A stretch of 64,000 nt of DNA from a virus (IMGVR_UViG_3300032030_000026:32001-96000), one strand, 5' to 3'; positions 7,571-14,134 are shown, counted from the stretch's first letter. Translations and numbers: made by a program. The notes: generated by a model from the letters alone, not told the origin.

Positions 7571-7668
7571 CGAGAACAGCTGCTGCAACAGCTTAGTAAC
7601 TGGCGATGTCTGATATTTCAATGTGCCTTTGCAGGGGTTAGACAGAGAAGGGATCAGGTATCGAAAAA

Positions 7669-7738
7669 TTCTTATTCGTACAATCGGTTAGGACACCGGC
7701 GATGGTCGGAAATGCTGGTTCGAGTCCAGCATAAGAGT
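7669..7738 (+). ncRNA. tRNA-like RNA with tetraloop instead of anticodon loop
   Basis: TTCTTAT/ATAAGAG acceptor; CCGGC-GATG-GTCGG; GCTGG-TTCGAGT-CCAGC. Confidence 0.7.
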
Positions 7739-7743
7739 CAAAT

Positions 7744-7827
7744 AGAGAGTTAACTGCGGCGGCCTGCAGGCCGGTTTCGAAAACCGTGCGAGTCCTATGG
7801 CTTGGGGATCGACACCTCAGCTCTCTG
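7744..7827 (+). tRNA. tRNA-Ser(CGA), 8/4 fold
   Basis: AGAGAGTT/AGCTCTCT; loop TTCGAAA; T arm GGGG-ATCGACA-CCTC. Confidence 0.82.
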
Positions 7828-7835
7828 CAAACAAT

Positions 7836-7922
7836 GGAGAGCTAAGCCGGCGGGGCTGGCCGCTGTTTGGAAGACAGTCGGAGTCTGGAAGATGGCTTGG
7901 GGATCGAGACCTCAGTTCTCCG
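7836..7922 (+). tRNA. tRNA-Ser(GGA), 8/4 fold
   Basis: GCTGT-TTGGAAG-ACAGT; 8-bp acceptor. Confidence 0.82.
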
Positions 7923-7987
7923 CAAACTGTGGAACTATGGAAATGTCATTCATCCACGGGTCGTCCCCAAAACAAGAATGGCATATT

Positions 7988-8071
7988 GGAGAGTTAACTG
8001 CAGCGGCCTGCAGACCGGTCTTGAAAACCGTGGGAGTATAACAGCTTGGGGATCGACACCTCAGCTCTCCG
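7988..8071 (+). tRNA. tRNA-Ser(TGA), 8/4 fold
   Basis: CGGT-CTTGAAA-ACCG; 8-bp acceptor. Confidence 0.82.
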
Positions 8072-8160
8072 CAAAGGCTTCAGAAATGAAGTTAGGTGTC
8101 CTTGGGGAGACTTATAACCTTCCGACTGTGGGAAGCCCCCACTACAGCGTACCGAGGAAC

Positions 8161-8318
8161 GTGGACATCCTCCATTGATGTAATTGCGCAATAAGTCAGT
8201 GGAGACTTCCAAGCAAATAATCCGCACGAAAGTGCGTCAATATATTGGGCATAATGGAAAGTAGTGTGCCGTACCGCAATTCGGGGCGCGAAACCGAGTT
8301 CATCTCGGTTGTCCACCA
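8161..8318 (+). ncRNA. Structured RNA with tRNA-like 3' end (T-like hairpin plus ACCA)
   Basis: GTGGACA/TGTCCAC ends; CCGAG-TTCAT-CTCGG; internal CTCCATTGA/TCAGTGGAG, AATTGCG/CGCAATT, CGCAC-GAAA-GTGCG. Confidence 0.5.
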
Positions 8319-8324
8319 ATTTTT

Positions 8325-8398
8325 GGGCTAGTGGCGCAATTGGTTAGCGCAGATGTCTTATACACATAAGGTTGGGGGTTCAAGTCCCTCCTAGCCCA
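8325..8398 (+). tRNA. tRNA-Ile(TAT)
   Basis: ATGT-CTTATAC-ACAT; Ile-like body GGGCTAG/CTAGCCC, A73. Confidence 0.88.
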
Positions 8399-8515
8399 CT
8401 ATGAGAAGTGTATATAAACCTCAGGCGTGCGCCTATGGCTCGCAAAATCATAGGTAGTTATCGTTTATACGTAAAACAGCGGAAGGAGCGGCCCAACCGT
8501 AAGAGGCTGCGATAT

Positions 8516-8589
8516 GGTGTTAGTAGCTCAGTTGGTAGAGTGCTGGATTGTGGTTCCAGTGGTCGCAGGTTCGATCCCTGTCTAACACA
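8516..8589 (+). tRNA. tRNA-His(GTG)
   Basis: CTGGA-TTGTGGT-TCCAG; G-1 present, A73. Confidence 0.9.
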
Positions 8590-8594
8590 CTAAA

Positions 8595-8747
8595 GGATTG
8601 GTTGATCCGAGGTTCAAGAAGGCTTGCTTGAGATGGCTACACAGCAGGAAATGCTTGAGATGGAAACTGTGAAGGGACAGCCATAAGTCGTGAAGTACAG
8701 TTAGATGTGGAGGTCTGCTGAAAGAAGGTGACCGTGTAGGACAATCC
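8595..8747 (+). ncRNA. Structured spacer RNA candidate
   Basis: GGATTG/CAATCC closing stem; internal direct repeat TGCTTGAGATGG twice. Confidence 0.4.
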
Positions 8748-8754
8748 AATCTAT

Positions 8755-8828
8755 AGCTCGATAGCCCAACCGGCAGAGGCGACAGATTCAAAACCTGTAC
8801 AGTGTGAGTTCGAATCTCACTCGGGCTA
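8755..8828 (+). tRNA. tRNA-Leu(CAA), short variable arm
   Basis: Loop TTCAAAA; TAGCCCAACCGGCAGAGGC D arm. Confidence 0.85.
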
Positions 8829-8838
8829 CAATATATTT

Positions 8839-8967
8839 TGGGATGTAGTCGAATTGGTAGAGATGCCCGGGATGGTCCGGGAGGTTTGCAAATAATTTCG
8901 CGATGAATAGCAAACGGCACTCATTGGCCTGAGTGTCATAATGAAGGTTCGAATCCTTCCATCCCAG
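8839..8967 (+). ncRNA. tRNA-like RNA with 6-nt anticodon loop and two-hairpin giant variable arm
   Basis: TGGGATG/CATCCCA; CCCGG-GATGGT-CCGGG; GTTTGC/GCAAAC and GGCACTCA/TGAGTGTC; GAAGG-TTCGAAT-CCTTC. Confidence 0.7.
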
Positions 8968-9089
8968 CTAGTATCCGGCAACCTATATGAGCCGGGAATT
9001 CGAGAATATCTCGTTAATAGGTCAAGGCCATGCCCCTTGCTAGTGGGGGTTGGAGCTCATACGAAAATGTGAGAATCACTAGCGATTTT

Positions 9090-9163
9090 GCCGATGTAGC
9101 GGAGCTGGCTTCATGCGCCGCTCTCATAAGGCGGAGACGGTGGTTCGAGTCCACCCATCGGCA
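9090..9163 (+). tRNA. tRNA-CAT (elongator Met or Ile2)
   Basis: CCGCT-CTCATAA-GGCGG; G1-C72. Confidence 0.85.
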
Positions 9164-9181
9164 CGAAAGCGAAAAAAGCTC

Positions 9182-9253
9182 CGGCGTGTAGCTCAGTAGG
9201 CAGAGCGGGCCAAGGTACTGGCCGGGTCCTCGGTTCGAGTCCGAGTGCGTCAA
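9182..9253 (+). ncRNA. tRNA-like RNA with 6-nt loop AGGTAC
   Basis: Canonical D and T arms; GGCCA-AGGTAC-TGGCC; C1xA72. Confidence 0.65.
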
Positions 9254-9312
9254 AGAGTTTGCAATTACTTCGCATACGGTACCTAGCTGAGGTTTTGCAC
9301 GTTTTCTCGCGA

Positions 9313-9386
9313 GCGGAGTTAGCTCAGTTGGAAGCAGCATCCGGCTTACATCCGGAGGGTCGGGGGTTCGAGTCCCTCATTCCGCA
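9313..9386 (+). tRNA. tRNA-Val(TAC)
   Basis: TCCGG-CTTACAT-CCGGA. Confidence 0.9.
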
Positions 9387-9534
9387 CTAAAAAATAAACC
9401 TTGTGATCCCAGAGGGGTTGGTCACTTCCAGCTGGTAGGTTATTTTTCTCTTTCATACGACTGTCAAGGGGTATTATCCATCGTGCAATGACAGTCCAAC
9501 ATAAAGAGTTTTCTTAAAGGTGAAGTGACACTTT

Positions 9535-9608
9535 GGCGCTGTGGGCAAACTGGTTAAGCCGCCACTCTTTCAAGGTGGAAACTACGGGTTCGAGCCCCGT
9601 CGGCGCTA
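9535..9608 (+). tRNA. tRNA-Glu(TTC)
   Basis: CCACT-CTTTCAA-GGTGG. Confidence 0.9.
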
Positions 9609-9659
9609 CTGCGGAAGCAAATCAGTAATGGAGTTATGGGGGTCTGAGTGAAAGCTCAG

Positions 9660-9698
9660 AATGGAGTGGCTACTCCACGTTAAATATTAAAAGTAGCC
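9660..9698 (+). ncRNA. H-type pseudoknot module (CACGTTAAA class), copy 2
   Basis: TGGAG/CTCCA stem; loop GGCTA pairs with TAGCC. Confidence 0.45.
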
Positions 9699-9759
9699 TG
9701 GTGGACTTGCCATCGGGCGGGAACACAGAAAGCCGGCGCTGCAAAGACCGGCACACTAA

Positions 9760-9831
9760 GCCGGTGTAACTCAATGGTAGAGTATCGCACTTGTAATGCG
9801 GCGGTTGTGGGTTCGACTCCCTCCATAGGCA
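9760..9831 (+). tRNA. tRNA-Thr(TGT)
   Basis: CGCA-CTTGTAA-TGCG. Confidence 0.85.
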
Positions 9832-9850
9832 CTCATAAAACGTTATAATT

Positions 9851-10231
9851 ATGGAAAAGAAGATAAATGATCGTAGATATACAATTCTCGGAATTCACCG
9901 AAACGGTACATTATATGGATGGGCAGAGAATTCATTTTCCTTCTCCGCATCCGAGACGCACACTCGTGTATGGGGCGCGGAATATAAAGAATTCGGCGGT
10001 CGAAAATATTGGAAGCCGAACAGAAACCAGTCCAACTGGAACTATCTCAAAAAAGTTGCTGATGATCTGACTGCAAAGAAGTTTATGAACTGCGTCTGGA
10101 GAGTGTACCGAGTCGGCAGCAAGCACTGCCCAGCTGACATAGACTTCAGAACTTGCGATCTGATGAAACATGGTAAAATAAAATACGACAAATATCTGGC
10201 GAGAAACCACAGATTCTCGCCGAAACAATAA
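9851..10231 (+). CDS. Hypothetical basic protein within the tRNA array
   Basis: 126-aa ORF, ATG start with A-rich leader, fills the gap between RNA genes. Confidence 0.65.
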   Translation: MEKKINDRRYTILGIHRNGTLYGWAENSFSFSASETHTRVWGAEYKEFGGRKYWKPNRNQSNWNYLKKVADDLTAKKFMNCVWRVYRVGSKHCPADIDFRTCDLMKHGKIKYDKYLARNHRFSPKQ

Positions 10232-10494
10232 CGGGCGACCCGGATAATGGGGATTGAACAGGCGGATTAGCTACCGCTTACGCAATGGCGCTTCTGAGAC
10301 GGATCTCAGAGACAAGCCGTAAAGTGCGGAACCGAAAGTCCAATGAGCTGTAGACAATCGGCGCAAGCACCAGAACTCAGGCGATGACAGTTGCAATAGA
10401 GCTCAATAAAGAGCTGCCAAGTCTGAGTCATTCTCTGACTGGACAGGCCAGTCCAAGAAGAAGCGTTCAGGAGGTTCGACTCCTCCTCGCCCGA
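10232..10494 (+). ncRNA. tRNA-scaffold RNA with ~200-nt structured insert in the anticodon position
   Basis: Perfect CGGGCGA/TCGCCCG acceptor plus A; GGAGG-TTCGACT-CCTCC; TGAAC/GTTCA closing helix; inner GCGG/CCGC, TCTGAGA/TCTCAGA, ACTCAGGC/GTCTGAGT, GACTGG/CCAGTC. Confidence 0.7.
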
Positions 10495-10501
10495 CTAAGT
10501 T

Positions 10502-10586
10502 GGCTGAGTGGCGAAATTGGTAGTACGCTTCAGACTTAAAATCTGATGTCCGTAAGGACGTGCGGGTTCAAGTCCCGCCTCAGCTA
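10502..10586 (+). tRNA. tRNA-Leu(TAA), long variable arm
   Basis: TCAGA-CTTAAAA-TCTGA; variable arm GTCC-GTAA-GGAC. Confidence 0.93.
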
Positions 10587-10659
10587 CAAACAGTGGACAT
10601 TTGGAGGGAAATTGTTAAAACGTTGTGATTCGCTCATGGAAATGTCCTAACAACGTTAC

Positions 10660-10732
10660 GCGTCAGTAGCTCAGTAGGTAGAGCACATCCCTTTTAAGGA
10701 TGGGGTCCCGGGTTCGAGTCCCGGCTGACGCA
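10660..10732 (+). tRNA. tRNA-Lys(TTT)
   Basis: CATCC-CTTTTAA-GGATG. Confidence 0.93.
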
Positions 10733-10739
10733 CTTATAA

Positions 10740-10822
10740 GGAGAGCTAAATCGGCGGGGCCGATCGCTGTTTGGAAGACAGTTGGAAGGTAACACTTTGG
10801 GGATCGAGACCTCAGTTCTCCG
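10740..10822 (+). tRNA. tRNA-Ser(GGA), 8/4 fold, second copy
   Basis: GCTGT-TTGGAAG-ACAGT; paralog of 7836-7922. Confidence 0.82.
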
Positions 10823-10827
10823 CACAA

Positions 10828-10900
10828 GCCCTTGTAGCGCAATTGGTAGAGCATCTGTTTTGTAGTCAGAGGGTTGGGGGTTCAAGTCCTCTCAGGGGCT
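10828..10900 (+). tRNA. tRNA-Thr(TGT), second copy
   Basis: Loop TTTGTAG; GCCCTTG/CAGGGGC. Confidence 0.82.
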
Positions 10901-10917
10901 CTTATTATAATTATATT

Positions 10918-10993
10918 GGGAGTTTAGCTCAGCTGGTTCAGTAGCGTCTGCCTTACAAGCAGAAGGTCGTTGGTTCGAATCCAACAACTCCCA
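10918..10993 (+). tRNA. tRNA-Val(TAC), second copy
   Basis: TCTGC-CTTACAA-GCAGA. Confidence 0.92.
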
Positions 10994-10997
10994 CAAA

Positions 10998-11289
10998 GCT
11001 GGCGTCGTTGACGCTCCGGTGAAAGGATGTTTGGACGAGGGGTTCGATTCCCTCTACCTCCACTATTTCTTAGCTGACCAACCAAGATGTTGGAACAGTT
11101 ACGGTGGCGGAAACTTAATATGAGATCCGTCACTTGCTTATGGGGGTAATTGGTTTTGACAGCATTTGAGTAAGAAGAGAAGAGATGCCGGTGAGTGAGA
11201 ATAAATCACAAAACAACTGTTCGTCTCGCTGCTTAAGCCTAGGGCTCACAACAAGCGAGGGTCCGGGGAGAACCAAATCTCCCCATTTC
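10998..11289 (+). ncRNA. ssrA: Circularly permuted (two-piece) tmRNA
   Basis: Acceptor piece 10998-11062 (T arm plus TACCTCCA) precedes coding piece starting GGGGGTAATTGGTTTTGACAGC at 11142; 7-bp acceptor with G3:U70; tag HKTTVRLAA* at 11207-11236; terminal GGGGAGA/TCTCCCC hairpin plus T run. Confidence 0.85.
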
Positions 11290-11341
11290 TTTTGTAAATA
11301 TGGAAGATTGATTTCTTATTTTTAGGTAAATAAAACATATT

Positions 11342-11736
11342 ATGGCATTTATAACTAAGAATGAGGAAGAATTCAGACAAGGTCAAGAATTTTACAAAGA
11401 TATTATTCCGCTGTTCGTAAACGTATCGTAAACGTAAAGACCAACCATGAGACTATATACGGAATATCATGTCCACAGATTAATGATGTGCAAGAAATGA
11501 TCATAAATGCACTAAAAGAGGTTACCGTGCCGTTTGAAGGTTCTATAAGTGTCGAGCTAGGCTTGCTTTCCGATAGTTCTAAGTTCGTCACAGCAACAAA
11601 GATCAATTATGATCAATGGATCCAGATTAGAAATTACAATATAGAAATTGAATTAGAGGTTGCACATGTTCTAAGCAATGAATTCTTTGCGGGATTGTGC
11701 AATAAATATCTAAAATTAATAAACAAGCTGTCGTAG
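11342..11736 (+). pseudogene. Hypothetical protein with apparent 1-nt frameshift near 11400
   Basis: MAFITKNEEEFRQGQEFYKD frame stops at 11431; the adjacent frame reads YYSAVRKRIVNVK... through to 11736. Confidence 0.5.
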
Positions 11737-11800
11737 CTCAGTTGGTAGTAGAGCGTCCTTGGTAAGGAAGAGGTCGCCAGTTCAAGTCCGGCCGACTGCT
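11727..11800 (+). tRNA. tRNA-Thr(GGT)
   Basis: Loop TTGGTAA; T arm GCCAG-TTCAAGT-CCGGC. Confidence 0.8.
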
Positions 11801-11807
11801 CTTGATT

Positions 11808-11881
11808 GTCTCGGTGATGCAATTGGTAGACATGCTTCTCTTAAACAGAAGATCTTGAGAGTTCGAATCTCTCTCGGGACA
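11808..11881 (+). tRNA. tRNA-Leu(TAA), short variable arm
   Basis: CTTCT-CTTAAAC-AGAAG; Leu-like D arm, A73. Confidence 0.78.
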
Positions 11882-11898
11882 CGAAATAAATATAAGTT

Positions 11899-12168
11899 AT
11901 GAAATCAATATTAGAATCTATTAATGAATCCGAAAAGAAATATGATAATTTCCTGAATCTTCCTCCTATAACTGAACTCGGAGACGGTGAGTATGATTGC
12001 GCTGTTTGGGGACATAGTGTTGTTTGTGATGGTAAGAAATATTATTCGGAAATTGGTATAAAGAACATTTATCCTATCAAGATGAAGATAATCATCAAAG
12101 ACGGCAATGTTCGATTTGGGGATTCCGATAATCTTCAAAGAGCGGAATTGAAAAAACTTTTCGATTAA
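11899..12168 (+). CDS. Hypothetical protein with capsid-targeting-like N-terminus
   Basis: 89 aa, starts MKSILESINES. Confidence 0.6.
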   Translation: MKSILESINESEKKYDNFLNLPPITELGDGEYDCAVWGHSVVCDGKKYYSEIGIKNIYPIKMKIIIKDGNVRFGDSDNLQRAELKKLFD

Positions 12169-12176
12169 TCATAATT

Positions 12177-12249
12177 GTTCTTATAGCTCAATGGATCAGA
12201 GCACGGGCCTCCGGAGCCCGGGATCCGGGTTCGAATCCCGGTAGGAGCT
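12177..12249 (+). tRNA. tRNA-Arg(CCG)
   Basis: CGGGC-CTCCGGA-GCCCG. Confidence 0.92.
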
Positions 12250-12276
12250 CTATATGACATCTATGATCTTTTCATC

Positions 12277-12350
12277 GCCTCGATAGCTCAATGGATCAGA
12301 GCAACGCCCTTCTAAGGCGAAGGTTGAAGGTTCGACCCCTTCTCGAGGTA
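12277..12350 (+). tRNA. tRNA-Arg(TCT)
   Basis: CGCC-CTTCTAA-GGCG. Confidence 0.92.
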
Positions 12351-12369
12351 CTAAAAATTAAGAATTATT

Positions 12370-12639
12370 ATGACTAATCAAGAATTATCTAGAATTATCA
12401 AAATATTCGCACTCACTACTCATTACGAGATGGATGAAATTCATCCTATTCCTAAAAATGAACTTAAAATCGGTCAAAGATACCTGGGAAGCTGCCGGAA
12501 TTCGGATATTGCTATCTGGAACGGAGAACAATTTGAATATCACAGATATAAATTTGGCGATTTCTTCCTCGAAAAAATCAACCACTTTGAAGATGATGAC
12601 GGATATGATTTATTCGTGCCTTTTATGAAAATGCCTTAA
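12370..12639 (+). CDS. Phage hypothetical protein
   Basis: 89-aa ORF with YLGSCRN...YKFG...HFEDDDGYDLFVP. Confidence 0.7.
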   Translation: MTNQELSRIIKIFALTTHYEMDEIHPIPKNELKIGQRYLGSCRNSDIAIWNGEQFEYHRYKFGDFFLEKINHFEDDDGYDLFVPFMKMP

Positions 12640-12711
12640 ACTTTAATAAATTTTTAAGTTTTTTCTATAACACATCTATAAAGAATTCTATATAAATACT
12701 TTATAAAATAC

Positions 12712-12742
12712 CTTAATAATTCTCTAAATCGATTATATAGTA
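12712..12742 (+). promoter_or_regulatory. Phage promoter motif
   Basis: CTTAA-N13-CGATTATATAGTA. Confidence 0.7.
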
Positions 12743-12793
12743 TCATAATGAAATCACGAAGGATTTCAATACTTCGTTAAGAGATATGATATT

Positions 12794-13708
12794 ATGATAC
12801 CATTTAATACAGTACGAAACTACTTGGAAATAACCCAGACCGACAAAGTCCGGACTTATAAATCCGGATTTTTTAACGTTTTGAAGCAATATTCCGAAGA
12901 AAATGGCGGAAAAACATCCCGGAATGGCCATAGAATTTACATTCCTTATACCAAAGGAATTGGAAATATTGATATATTCATCAATGACGGCGAATCCGGG
13001 TCACAATGGGATAAGTTCAGAAGCTTCTTATTAGGTACATATTATAGCAACGGATTAATATCTGAGCTCAATACAAACCAAGGCCGTAACACGGAAAATG
13101 TCAATTATATTACCGGAACCTATACGGTATCCTTCAAAGATATGAACGGGAATATGAAAACCGATATCCGGAAGATCGGCAAGCTCCTGGCAAAGAATAA
13201 TGTTGAATATGATGGAAAGCCGGCTTTAGATTGGTATAATGCCGACCCTATCCGATTGAAGAAGAAAATCGAGGCTTCGGATGATCTCATGATGGTAATA
13301 TCGGATCATGCCTATGACATTGCCGGAATGTCTACCGGAAGAGACTGGACCAGCTGTATGAACATCAAAAATGGGACAAATAAAGATTATGTCGAGAATG
13401 ATATAAGATATGGAACAATCATCGCCTACCTGTGTGAAGCATCGGATACCAATATCCGGAACCCATATGCCCGGATCTTAATCAAACCATATAAGCTCCA
13501 AAGAGAGGGTTATTGCGGGACCGACCCGGCTCCGATCATATACTATCCGGAGTCTACGGTGTATTCGGCATATGCCGGATTGAATGGGCTGGGTTGTGGT
13601 CTAGAAGAAATTTGCCGCAAAATCCAGAGCGGGAAAGGCAAACTCAGACCTATGAAGGATTTATATAATGACACATGGCATGGCAATAGAGGGGTCGTGG
13701 AATTTTAA
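12794..13708 (+). CDS. Phage hypothetical protein
   Basis: 304 aa; YDIAGMSTGRDWTSCM and ARILIKPY motifs. Confidence 0.75.
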   Translation: MIPFNTVRNYLEITQTDKVRTYKSGFFNVLKQYSEENGGKTSRNGHRIYIPYTKGIGNIDIFINDGESGSQWDKFRSFLLGTYYSNGLISELNTNQGRNTENVNYITGTYTVSFKDMNGNMKTDIRKIGKLLAKNNVEYDGKPALDWYNADPIRLKKKIEASDDLMMVISDHAYDIAGMSTGRDWTSCMNIKNGTNKDYVENDIRYGTIIAYLCEASDTNIRNPYARILIKPYKLQREGYCGTDPAPIIYYPESTVYSAYAGLNGLGCGLEEICRKIQSGKGKLRPMKDLYNDTWHGNRGVVEF

Positions 13709-13717
13709 TTCGGACTT

Positions 13718-13748
13718 CTTAAGATTCTCTAAAATCGATTATATAATA
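13718..13748 (+). promoter_or_regulatory. Phage promoter motif
   Basis: CTTAA-N13-CGATTATATAATA. Confidence 0.75.
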
Positions 13749-13786
13749 TCATAAAAGAAAAATAGTAATATTAAAATCATAAAGAA

Positions 13787-14134
13787 ATGAAAGAAACCAA
13801 ATTTTACACAAACCTTGAAAAGAAAACCGTTGTCTGCGTTATCACCATTCATGATGATTACTTTGGAGAGATTCACAGATTCGAAGGTAAAGCCAAGTGT
13901 TCCCCCGACGACAATTTCGATGAAGCTATTGGCCGCGAGATTGCCCAGAACCGGGCCTTCATCAAGATGAAAACCCATTTTAAAAATCTTAAGAAATCAA
14001 TTCGCTTGTCCGTAGCTAATCGGATCAAAGAGCTTATGAAGTATGGTGCAAAGGTCACAGCCGGCATTCTCCGGAACGAGAGCGAGATTAATACGGCTAA
14101 AGCTCGTATTCGCGAGCTCGGAACCTCAAAATAG
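13787..14134 (+). CDS. Phage protein (N4 gp49/Sf6 gp66-like motif)
   Basis: GKAKCSPDDNFDEAIGREIAQNRA. Confidence 0.6.
   Translation: MKETKFYTNLEKKTVVCVITIHDDYFGEIHRFEGKAKCSPDDNFDEAIGREIAQNRAFIKMKTHFKNLKKSIRLSVANRIKELMKYGAKVTAGILRNESEINTAKARIRELGTSK

Noticed and set aside
9611-9755. Minimal RNase P RNA (ACAGAAAGCCGGC) or pistol ribozyme
   Set aside because: 5' GAGGAAnGTC strand absent; pistol P2 and catalytic GCG/GU elements not found
4259-10657. Theta/HDV-like ribozymes after tRNAs
   Set aside because: Could not find the P3/L3 (UCC-CG), P1.1 and catalytic C arrangement in any trailer by eye
2732-11133. Many 60-176 aa ORFs from the track across the RNA island
   Set aside because: They overlap tRNAs or structured RNAs and are shadow ORFs of GC-richer sequence (9851-10231 is kept)
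2996-12350. Stop-codon recoding or suppressor tRNAs
   Set aside because: No clean CTA, TTA or TCA anticodon; 11808 reads TAA (Leu) and 3857 has an ambiguous 8-nt loop; long ORFs are intact in the standard code and TAG ends some genes (14134, 54054)
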